Below, in pieces: positions 42,449 through 51,600 of a stretch of DNA of 64,000 bases (position 1 is its first letter; every line of letters starts with the position of its first letter). The position numbers and the translations under genes are program-made. The notes beneath the pieces are model-generated. The model made no database searches and was not told the origin of the DNA. It saw nothing but the letters and a program-made list of their open reading frames with translations. The stretch spans positions 258,236 through 322,235 of the forward strand of contig OZ251568.1 of NCBI GenBank assembly GCA_965243525.1. The letters run 5' to 3'. The stretch is from Spirochaetia bacterium. GTDB lineage: Bacteria; Spirochaetota; Spirochaetia; WTKD01.

Positions 42449-44377
42449 ATGAATACACGAAATCTACGTATCGGTTTAATTTTCTTAACACTTTGTTCTG
42501 TAATTCTGTTGGGCTGTCCAGAATCAGGAGTCAGTTCAGACCAAATTGCACAAGGTGAATCTGGAGATCGAGGAGACGACCAAACACCAGACTCAGAGAC
42601 AACACCAGAACCAACAACACCAGAACCAACAACACCAGAGCCAACAACACCAGAACCAACAACACCAGAACCAACAACACCAGAACCAACAACACCAGAA
42701 CCAACAATACCAGAACCAACAACACCAGAACCAACAATACCAGAACCAACAACACCAGAACCAACAATACCAGAACCAACAACACCAGAACCAACAATAC
42801 CAACACCAGAACCAACAATACCAGAACCAACAACACCAGAACCAACAATACCAACACCAGAACCAATAATTCCTGATTGGGATACTCCTTATCATGATGC
42901 GATTTTCAAGGCAACACACGATTCTTATGCTGAATCAATCCCTGCTCAGCTCGATGCTGGCTTTCGCTTGATTGAAATTGATTTCCACGACGATGATCAT
43001 GGTAAATATGGGTATCGAGTTGGACACACAGCCCCTGGAACTGAAATTTTTCTGGGGAGTGGGAACCCTGGTAGTGGAGGATATCGCTTGTGGAGTATTC
43101 CAACCACCGATGCATTTAAACTTCCTACTTGGCTTTCGACGCTTTCTTCATGGTCACAGAACAACCCAGGACATGCTCCAATCACTCTGATCTTGGAACC
43201 CAAAGACTCTCTTGTGGACAACAATGGGTATGATGCACATGATCTATCTCGGTTCAACCAGGAACTGCTCGACGCCTTTGGCCTAGACAATATCTATACG
43301 GCATTTGAACAGGGCCCCTCCAATCACTGGCCATCTGTCGATGATCTGCGCGACAAATTCATCATTGTCATGGTTGGAAATGAAGACAATCGTCATTCAT
43401 ACGTCAGAACTCTTGGAAAGACTCCTGCAGTGGCGGTGAACGACCACGGGCAGGCCATCGCGGTCTATCAAAAACCCAATTCACGAGAGCTTTGGTATTG
43501 GACCGGAGAATGGCAAACCGCCAATTCTGGCAACAAGATGCCTGCAGGAAGCATCCTCTGGTTGCGTAATCAACGCTATGCAGAAGGCTATGATACTGAT
43601 AGTCCTCCTACAGTTGCAATCAACAACGAGGGATGGATCGTCGCAACCCACGAGGGAGCCAATCAAGCAATAGAATATCGATTAGGAAAGCTCACCTCTG
43701 AGCTAGACATAGACTGGAAGGCAGGAGCCACCTCTGTCGAAGCTGGCAGCAACCCAGCTATTCGCTTCGACAGCCTTGACAGCAATGCCGTGACGACAAG
43801 GTATACCGGAGTCGACTCAGACACAACGATCTATGAACAAGCTATCACATTGCATGTGGAGAGATCAGCGCTCGAACCATCAGCTGCAACAAGTTTATCT
43901 ACTGATACAAACGAATGGTGGGAGAACAAGAATAGCGCAGTTTCACAGGCAGGCATTGTCGAGGTGAATTCCAACGAAAACAAAGGAAATCTCTTGACCT
44001 ATACCGCCGATGGAAGAACCGGGCGCATCCGCTTGTTTCAGCTTGCATTTATCGAAGTCGAACCAAGCGAGATCAACAGTGATCTGCTATATGCCGAACT
44101 ATACACCGAAACAACGGGCAGGTTTTATTCTGCGGGAAAATTTCCATATCTGGAATTTTTTAATCCTCGTGCAAATTTTGATTCAACCGTGGAACACAGG
44201 ACCGACACAAATGGCAATCCCTTTTTGATAACTCGATATCGCGACTTTGAAGAAGTCAATGCGAGAGAAATCAACGATCCCAGTGCATTGCCTAATTTTC
44301 CTACGCTTCGTCATCCTCGGAACTATCAAGCACAGTGGTATGCTGATATGTTTAATCGAATCCAACACTTTGAATAG
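42449..44377 (+). CDS. PLC-like phosphodiesterase lipoprotein, paralog 3, with a Pro/Thr-rich stalk
   Basis: Lipobox LLGC, then roughly 90 aa of (TPEPT)n repeats, then the same catalytic blocks (ATHDSY, IEIDFHDDDH, YRVGH). Confidence 0.55.
   Translation: MNTRNLRIGLIFLTLCSVILLGCPESGVSSDQIAQGESGDRGDDQTPDSETTPEPTTPEPTTPEPTTPEPTTPEPTTPEPTTPEPTIPEPTTPEPTIPEPTTPEPTIPEPTTPEPTIPTPEPTIPEPTTPEPTIPTPEPIIPDWDTPYHDAIFKATHDSYAESIPAQLDAGFRLIEIDFHDDDHGKYGYRVGHTAPGTEIFLGSGNPGSGGYRLWSIPTTDAFKLPTWLSTLSSWSQNNPGHAPITLILEPKDSLVDNNGYDAHDLSRFNQELLDAFGLDNIYTAFEQGPSNHWPSVDDLRDKFIIVMVGNEDNRHSYVRTLGKTPAVAVNDHGQAIAVYQKPNSRELWYWTGEWQTANSGNKMPAGSILWLRNQRYAEGYDTDSPPTVAINNEGWIVATHEGANQAIEYRLGKLTSELDIDWKAGATSVEAGSNPAIRFDSLDSNAVTTRYTGVDSDTTIYEQAITLHVERSALEPSAATSLSTDTNEWWENKNSAVSQAGIVEVNSNENKGNLLTYTADGRTGRIRLFQLAFIEVEPSEINSDLLYAELYTETTGRFYSAGKFPYLEFFNPRANFDSTVEHRTDTNGNPFLITRYRDFEEVNAREINDPSALPNFPTLRHPRNYQAQWYADMFNRIQHFE
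42598..42866 (+). repeat. Coding 15-nt tandem repeat (about 18 units) encoding TPEPT/IPEPT
   Basis: ACACCAGAACCAACA units with A/G and T/C variants, lying inside paralog 3. Confidence 0.9.
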
Positions 44378-44450
44378 CCGCTAAGACGACCCATGCAGGC
44401 AGCCTCTAAAAATAGAAGATTGCCTGCATGATGCTCTATTCCGTATAGAT

Positions 44451-44580
44451 TTCAATAACCCTGTTCATCTGTGGATCGATGATTTGATCTGGCCACCGCA
44501 TCCTCCTAACAAGGAGTATATCTGTTGTATTCCTTGTCCTTCTTTGCGAGACTTGACGACATTGCCGGTGCTTGAAGATG
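44451..44580 (-). pseudogene. Second remnant of the S24 repressor 3' end (duplication scar)
   Basis: CCGTATAGATTTCAATAACC...GGATCGATGATTTGATCTGG... aligns with 46400-46530 (...GGATCGATGATCTGGGTGCG...). Confidence 0.6.
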
Positions 44581-44762
44581 CGCCTCTGTTGATTCTGGAT
44601 AGCACATCAAGCATCAAACAATTCATACAATACTATTCATGCATAGTCCTCGTACGAAGTTTTTTAGCAAGCCTGAACAGCATCAAAAACCCACGAATAC
44701 TTGCAGAAATAGAACAGGCACGCTATCATATTTACTAAAACTCCCTATTTGTTATTGGATGT

Positions 44763-46331
44763 ATGAATACACAGAATCTACGGATTGGCTTGATTTTCTT
44801 AACTCTTTGTTCTCCACTGCTGCTGAGTTGTCCGGGACTAGGGGTCTATACTGGATTTCGCATAGGTGCTTATCCACCGGTCTCTCCATCAGATCCCTAT
44901 TGGAATACTCCCTATCATGACGCGGTCTTCAAAGCAACGCACAACTCATACACTAGATCAATTCCTGCTCAGCTTGACGCTGGGTTTCGCTTGATTGAAA
45001 TCGATTTCCACGATCAGGCACATACTAATTATGGGTATCGCGTTGGACATTGGTGGCCAGGGCATCAGGTTTCTTACGGCTATGGAAATCCTAACACCAC
45101 CAGGCTCCCTGCCTGGCTTTCGATGCTTTCTTCATGGTCACAGAACAATCCAGGACATGCTCCAATCACTCTGATTTTGGATACCAAGGATCCTATTGCA
45201 GATGCAGATAACGACGGGTACGCCGGACACAATCTATCTCGATTCAATCAAGAGCTACTCGACGCCTTTGGTCTAGACAACATCTATACGGCAGCTGAAC
45301 AAGGGCGCTCTTATCACTGGCCCCCTGTCGGTGATTTGCGCGATAAATTCATCATCGTCATGGCTGAAACTGGAAGGAGTGTAAATCGTCAGGCATATGT
45401 CGGAACCCTTGGAAAGACACCCGCAGTGGCGATGAATGACCATGGCCAGGTCATCGCAGTCTATCAGAAACCTATTTCACGTTGGCTTTGGTATTGGACC
45501 GGAGAATGGCAAACCACCAGCTCTGACAACAAGATGCCTACAGGAAGCATTCTCTGGTTGCGCAATCAGCGTTACGCTTGGGGATTCGATTACGAAAGCC
45601 CCCCTACAATTGCAATCAACAACGAAGGATGGATTGTTGCAACCCATCAGGGAATCAATCAGGTAATAAAATATCAATTGGGAAAGCTCACTCCTGAGCT
45701 AGACATAGACTGGAAGACAGCACCCATCTCGGCTAATTCCGGAAGCAATCCAGCCATTCGCTTCGACAGCCTTGACAGCAATACTCTGACGGCAATCTAC
45801 ACCGGAATCGACTCAGATACAACGATCTATGAACAAGATATTACGTTGCATACAGAGAGATCAACGCTCGAGCTGTCGGCTGCAACAAGCTCATCCAATG
45901 ATCAAAACGAATTATGGAAGAACGTGAACAGCGCAAATTCAAATACAGGCACTGTCAAAGTTAGCTCTGATAGAAAAAATCTCTTGACTTATTCTGCCAA
46001 CGGAAGAACCGACCGCATTCGCCTATTTCAAATCTCTTTCGTCGAAGCTGACCCAGTCAGGATCGGCAGAGACTCCTCATATGCCACGCTACTCACTGAA
46101 ACAACAGGCAGGTTTCATTCTTCAGATAGCCCTGACTCAACTGTTCGCTACAGAACCTCAACAAATGGGGATCCTTTTTTGATAACAAGAAATTTTATGT
46201 TTGGATTAGACGATGCGCATAGAATCAGCGATCCCCGCGCATTACCTAATTTCCCTGCACTTTACAATGCTCATGATTATCGAAGACCATGGTATCACGC
46301 TCTGTTTGGACAATTCAAACATTTCGAATAA
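44763..46331 (+). CDS. PLC-like phosphodiesterase lipoprotein, paralog 4
   Basis: MNTQNLRIGLIFLTLCSPLLLSC. The ATHNSY/IEIDFHDQ/YRVGH blocks. Confidence 0.55.
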   Translation: MNTQNLRIGLIFLTLCSPLLLSCPGLGVYTGFRIGAYPPVSPSDPYWNTPYHDAVFKATHNSYTRSIPAQLDAGFRLIEIDFHDQAHTNYGYRVGHWWPGHQVSYGYGNPNTTRLPAWLSMLSSWSQNNPGHAPITLILDTKDPIADADNDGYAGHNLSRFNQELLDAFGLDNIYTAAEQGRSYHWPPVGDLRDKFIIVMAETGRSVNRQAYVGTLGKTPAVAMNDHGQVIAVYQKPISRWLWYWTGEWQTTSSDNKMPTGSILWLRNQRYAWGFDYESPPTIAINNEGWIVATHQGINQVIKYQLGKLTPELDIDWKTAPISANSGSNPAIRFDSLDSNTLTAIYTGIDSDTTIYEQDITLHTERSTLELSAATSSSNDQNELWKNVNSANSNTGTVKVSSDRKNLLTYSANGRTDRIRLFQISFVEADPVRIGRDSSYATLLTETTGRFHSSDSPDSTVRYRTSTNGDPFLITRNFMFGLDDAHRISDPRALPNFPALYNAHDYRRPWYHALFGQFKHFE

Positions 46332-46381
46332 ACCACCATCATACAGGCGACCACTAAAAAATAGAGCACATTGCACAGTCT

Positions 46382-47374
46382 CTATCCTTCGAGCCTTCCC
46401 GTATAAACTCCGATGATTGTGTCCATCTGCGGATCGATGATCTGGGTGCGTCCGCTGCCATCCTCCCAACAAAGGGTATATCTGCTGTATTGCTTGTCAT
46501 CCTTTGCAAGACCAGGTGATATCGTCAGACGTTTGAAAGTGCAGCCCTCGAAATCGTGGACATAGGCAACGACCAAGTTATTGTGTTCAGGGATGCGATC
46601 TTGCACGGCAAAAACGATATCCCCGTCGTGAAAACCAAGATTTGACATGCTCTCACCCTTGAGTTTGAAAGCAATAAGGGCATTAATCGAAGCATGTGCG
46701 GGCAATTGTGCAATCGGCACCTCAATTTTTTTCATTTCTTCCGGAATGAGACGAGGATTTCCTGCGGCAAGATCCTCCACAAAGCGTATGCTCACTCGTG
46801 AATCGTCCACCGAAGACTCCCCCTGCTTGTTTGCAGCACGCCCCTCTCTCTCGAACGAAGCAGCCTCCAAATACCCATGCCCATCGACCTTCCCATCTTC
46901 CATAGATTCTTCCTTCCTTTTATGATCAACGCCGTCAATCTTGCTCATTCGTATCGGTGGAGAATGCATTTCAGAATCACGCACAGGGTCTGCATCAAGT
47001 CCAGAATCCTGATGCACAAATCCAGGATCCACCTCCTGCAACAATGCCAGCGTCGTGGCAGCAGTGTCCCGTGTGTCTTCAAGCGCCCTGATCAGCGCCG
47101 CATGCTTCACCGAGGTCATCCATCCTTCCCCTGCCTGCTGTTCAAACACCTCGCTGAGACCAGCATCCAGAGCGCGACACAGACGATGCGCCGTATCGAT
47201 ACGCGGAATCTTGCCTCCATAGAGGATGCCCGAAATGGTGCCAAAACTGACCCCGCTCTTCTGTGAAAGCCAATTCACCGACTGCCCCTTCTTGAACAAA
47301 GCCCTCTGTAATGCCCGTGCATACCTATTCATACGATCACCGGGATATCTGCCATCAAAGTGTTGACATATCAT
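46382..47374 (-). CDS. cI/LexA-like autoproteolytic repressor (XRE HTH plus S24 peptidase domain)
   Basis: N-terminal HTH (QSVNWLSQKSGVSFGTISGIL). Candidate Ala-Gly cleavage site (LAAGNP). C-terminal S24 domain with a Ser (KGESMSN) and a downstream Lys. The start could be the internal MNRYARAL. Confidence 0.7.
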   Translation of the reverse strand: MICQHFDGRYPGDRMNRYARALQRALFKKGQSVNWLSQKSGVSFGTISGILYGGKIPRIDTAHRLCRALDAGLSEVFEQQAGEGWMTSVKHAALIRALEDTRDTAATTLALLQEVDPGFVHQDSGLDADPVRDSEMHSPPIRMSKIDGVDHKRKEESMEDGKVDGHGYLEAASFEREGRAANKQGESSVDDSRVSIRFVEDLAAGNPRLIPEEMKKIEVPIAQLPAHASINALIAFKLKGESMSNLGFHDGDIVFAVQDRIPEHNNLVVAYVHDFEGCTFKRLTISPGLAKDDKQYSRYTLCWEDGSGRTQIIDPQMDTIIGVYTGRLEG

Positions 47375-47407
47375 CCTTTAAGGTATATCCTAAAGAATAT
47401 AGGAGTT

Positions 47408-47428
47408 TTGTCAAGTACTTTTTGACAA
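47408..47428. promoter_or_regulatory. Perfect inverted repeat TTGTCAA-N7-TTGACAA, a candidate operator between the divergent repressor gene and the phage-like regulatory genes
   Basis: Palindrome in the 84-bp divergent intergenic region. The half-sites double as TTGACA -35 boxes in both orientations. Confidence 0.5.
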
Positions 47429-47458
47429 TATCTACTATTTCTTGCGGAGAAAATCGAT

Positions 47459-47818
47459 ATGTTCAACCGTTTTCATAAGAAAGAGGATTCTCGATCCCCT
47501 TCAAAAACAAAAAACCAAACCAGAACTGCACAGGAGACGCAACTAGCTTTAGCCGTGGATTCCCCAATTGATAGGCAGACCGAAAAACAATCCACCGCCG
47601 ACACAGATATTGCTGTTTTTTCTCTTGGAATGAACAAAAAGCAGAGCAAAACAATCGCGCGATTATGGCAAGCCTGGGTGCAATCCCATCCAACCACGGC
47701 TCTGCATGCCTTCATTTGGCGATGCTTTCACAAAAACCCAATGCAGTTAACCAGGCGGGAAAGAAAAAACCTCATTAAGATGTTGAAAAAAGGAAGAATC
47801 CGCAGTGTCGCGACGTAA
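47459..47818 (+). CDS. Hypothetical protein (phage-like regulatory region)
   Basis: 119 aa ORF with a basic C-terminus. It overlaps the next gene by 14 nt. No recognisable domain. Confidence 0.4.
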   Translation: MFNRFHKKEDSRSPSKTKNQTRTAQETQLALAVDSPIDRQTEKQSTADTDIAVFSLGMNKKQSKTIARLWQAWVQSHPTTALHAFIWRCFHKNPMQLTRRERKNLIKMLKKGRIRSVAT

Positions 47819-48083
47819 TTCAGACTTGGATGATTATGAATATCTCTGCACCCTCATCGGGGAGGATGCAGCCCGCAAAGTTTATACGGCATTTGCAGGA
47901 TCAAATGTCTATTTTCCGCTGAAAAAGCAATTTCCAAGTCATCGAAAGATCGTCGAACTCCGCTCACAGGGGTATACGATGGATCAAGTCGCTCGCATAC
48001 TCAACACACCGCGCTCAACACTCTATCGAATTTTGAAGATTGAAAAGCAAAAAAATGTGAAAAGTTCGACAACAAACGTATAA
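47805..48083 (+). CDS. Mor/C-family transcriptional activator-like protein (Mu middle-operon-regulator type)
   Basis: 92 aa. AFAGSNVYFP...GYTMDQVARILNTPRSTLYRILK resembles the Mu Mor blocks GGGQVYIP and the C-terminal HTH ...LTTRYGVTFNTVYKAIRR. Confidence 0.5.
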   Translation: MSRRNSDLDDYEYLCTLIGEDAARKVYTAFAGSNVYFPLKKQFPSHRKIVELRSQGYTMDQVARILNTPRSTLYRILKIEKQKNVKSSTTNV

Positions 48084-48130
48084 AGACAGACTCTCCCATC
48101 GATAAGAAATACAAATCACGACAGATCTCT

Positions 48131-48155
48131 GCAGGTCCTCGGATGGAAGACCTGC
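48131..48155. terminator. Candidate bidirectional hairpin between the convergent Mor-like gene and the tail module
   Basis: GCAGGTC-N11-GACCTGC 7-bp stem. It has no strong U-tract, so it is weak. Confidence 0.3.
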
Positions 48156-48217
48156 ATCTAATAGGAGCCACGCAATCGACATGCTAGAAAATCGCATGCC
48201 TCCTGTGGTCATCAGGC

Positions 48218-48679
48218 CTATTCAGCTGGAGATTCGCCGGAACTTTCCGCATCCCTCGTCGACGCATCTGTCTCAGGGGCTGCATAATCAGACCAATCTT
48301 GCGACTCGACCCGACGATGTGATTCTGCTCGCACCGCCTCAACATAGGCGTGATACTCAAGAAAAGCCTGCGTTCCTTCTCCACCCGTCATGATCGTCGA
48401 CATATTTTCACGAACCAGCTCGCTCTCTCTGTTCTGGTCATAGCGCCGTGAAATCTGATCGACAACCCATGCCTTGCGTCGTGATTCAAGCTGTCTCGCC
48501 TTGGCTTTCTGCGGTGCCTGAACAATCACACCGTCTTCCAGTTTGAACTGCAGGTTGCCGTTATCATCCACCAAATCTTGAAATAATCCCTCTGGCATAT
48601 CCTCTTCTGAGAATGCGCCAACATCGTCCGCATAGATAGTGTGAATATACCCTTGCCTATTTGTTTCTATTGTATACAT
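48218..48679 (-). CDS. Hypothetical protein, possible tail-fibre assembly chaperone (Tfa-like)
   Basis: 153 aa. Its start overlaps the stop of the giant fibre gene (ATGA). The call rests on position and size only. Confidence 0.3.
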   Translation of the reverse strand: MYTIETNRQGYIHTIYADDVGAFSEEDMPEGLFQDLVDDNGNLQFKLEDGVIVQAPQKAKARQLESRRKAWVVDQISRRYDQNRESELVRENMSTIMTGGEGTQAFLEYHAYVEAVRAESHRRVESQDWSDYAAPETDASTRDAESSGESPAE

Positions 48680-51600
48680 TATGCAAAACCTCCTTGCAAG
48701 CGAATATTTAGGTATGCACTCGCGTTTTCGTTTTCTTGGATATAATCCATGATACCAAAGCTTGTAAAAAGAAAGCCGCCATCACTTCCTTGTGAGGGGT
48801 TATTCCTACAAAATAGATGTCGGTCCAAAATTCTATGCCCAACAACTCCACTACTATCAATATATCCAGGAACAGGGTACGTCAAAGTACTGTATCCAAT
48901 ACCCCAACCAGGATTGAATTTCAATCCACCTCTAAAGTTTCCGGGAAAATTAGAAAGAATAAAATACACGTGCAAGCAAACCACACGATAATATCCTACT
49001 TTTATTCTCTGATACCACTCAGATCCCCACTGCTGATTTTCTGGTTGTTGTGTCCAAATGTTTGATGGTCCAAATTCTGTATTTGAATTAATTAATGTGA
49101 AAAAGATACTTTTTCCACCTTCAGTGGCTGATCTGTGAACATAAAAATGTCCTCCATAGTGATTCTCAAATGCACCTAAAGGATGTATAGTATCATGCAT
49201 TACACCGGTGCTATTACCACTTGTAATGGTGTGTTTAATTCCCGTGTTCGCAGAGATACGAAGATCCCGACGAATGGAGGGCCTTCGATTCGGAGGAAAG
49301 ATTCCTTCCAAGTGAATGCCGTATTCAGCCGCACCATAGGGACTGGACATCGCAAGCCCCAATGCATCGAGCCTGGTCTTGCCAATTGCGGGAATTCCAA
49401 AGGAATAATAGTGTCCAATCGAACTCTCTCCCACATCTCTTCCAACACCTCGATTCAGTCCAGTTAATTCCATATCAAAATAGCTTGTCTGAATCTCTGC
49501 GTCGGCTAAATTTTTTCCTACCAAATTGCCCCCATAACCAACGCCGCTGACCGTTCCGATTGCATAACATCTCTCGATGCTTTGTTGATTCTGCCCCGCC
49601 AAGCCACCCATATCGTGGAAACTGCCAATTCCTGTGACTGCTCCGCCCGCTGTACAATCTTGAATAGTTCCGCTATTATTGCCTACGAGTCCACCCAGAT
49701 CTCCTGTTCCATTGACTGCCCCGCTCGCTGCGCATAAAGTAACACTCGTATCCACATCGTTAAATCCAACTAAACCGCCAACGTGTATCGATCCATTGAC
49801 CGTTCCGTTCGCTGCACTACGCGTTATGCTGTTTTTGTTTTCCCCCACTAGGCCGCCGACATGAACATTGTCTCCAGTTCCACTGATCGATTCATTGACA
49901 TCACCACTTGCAACACAACTCGCAATGTTTCCTTCATTCCAGTTTACTCCCACCAATCCCCCAACAGAAAGATGATTATCCTCACTCGCAACACTCCCTC
50001 TTCCAGTGACAGCTCCATTTGCTCTGCTCTGCAAGATACTCCCTCCGTTCCAACCCACCAAACCACTGAGATACAAATATGTACTATTTACATTTTCTGC
50101 ATTCATTTCGCATCTTGCATTCGCAGTGCTGTTTGTGATGCTGCCTGTTGCGTTGTTTGTTCCTGCTAAACCACCGAGACAGGTGTCTCTGTCAACCTCT
50201 GTAATACCCCCGCTCAATACAACAGATCCACGGGCGGCGGTAGTACTATCCGTGATACTACCGCTATTCGCTCCTACCAAACCACCAAGATACAGATACC
50301 TACTCGTTATGATGCCCTCATCCAAGGTGACTGCTCCACTTGCAATGCTGTCGGAGATACTGCCACGACTAGTTCCTGTCAAGCCACCGAGATTCAAATA
50401 AGTACTCCTTACGGTGCCATCACGCAGGGTAACTGCTCCACTTGCACTGCTCTTGGTGATACTGCCAGTATCTCCTCCTATCAGGCCTCCAAGGCGCAGA
50501 GAGTTACTACTCGTACTGGTTCCAGTTAGTTCGACTGTTCCACTCAGCGTGATTGATTTGTTTGCGTTGCTCTTGATGATGCTGCCAGAACTCCCGCCTA
50601 CCAATCCACCGAGTTGCAGAACGTTACTACTTTCACTGCTTCCATTCAGCGTGACTGACCCACTCAGTTTGATTGGTCCATTCAGTTCAGATGCTTCAAA
50701 TACGCTGCCATTGACGATGCGAGCATTATCGTAATTCCTACCCACCAAGCCACCAAGCTGCAGATAATTGCTATCTTCAACGGTTCCACCCAATGTCACT
50801 GATCCAGTCAGCTCAACCCCTCCACTTGCAATGTCATTAATGATGCTCCCAGAATTCGTTCCCACAAGACCACCAAGGCGCATGTAGATAGTATCCTCGG
50901 TAATTGTTCCAGATATCTTAACTGAAGCACTTGCGTGGTTCGCGGTGATCTTCCCATTATTCCACCCCACTAGACCACCAAGACGCAGTCTATTGTGCCC
51001 TTCAGAGCTTCCATTCAGACTGACTGATCCGTTTAGATCGATTTCCCCACCTGCACTACTGTTGCTAATCCTGCTATCCTTGTTCGAACCCACCAACCCA
51101 GCGAAGTCTAGATAGGTGCTATCCTCTGCGTTATCTGCACTCAGCTCAGTTGAATCTCCCATCGTGACTCCTCCACTCGCCTTGCTGTTGGTGATGCTGC
51201 TATCTGCATTCCGTCCTGTCAATCCACCAGAGTACAACTCTGTATACTGTACAGTGTCTCCAGATAACCTTACAGATCCATAGGAAACGCTGTTCTTGGT
51301 CCTACTTTCCGAATTCCATCCTACCAGACCTCCAAGATTCAGAGATTTGCTGCGTACAGTGTTCCCTTCCAACAAGACATCCCCCCCTGCAGTGCTGTTG
51401 GTGACACTGCTGCTAGCACTTACTCCCGCCAAGCCTCCGAGATACAACCGATGACAATTTACCGAGTCTCCGCTTATCGCTACGGATCCATTTGCTTGAC
51501 TGTTGATAATGCTATCATGGTTCAACCCTGCCAAGCCCCCGAACCTCAGAGCAAGATTATCCCTTGTGAGGCTTCCACTCAGTTCGATTGATTCATCCAA

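Noticed and set aside
42598-42866. Regular 15-nt direct repeats that could superficially resemble a CRISPR array
   Set aside because: They are in frame inside a CDS and encode a TPEPT stalk. There are no spacers of unique sequence and no cas genes. This is a coding tandem repeat.
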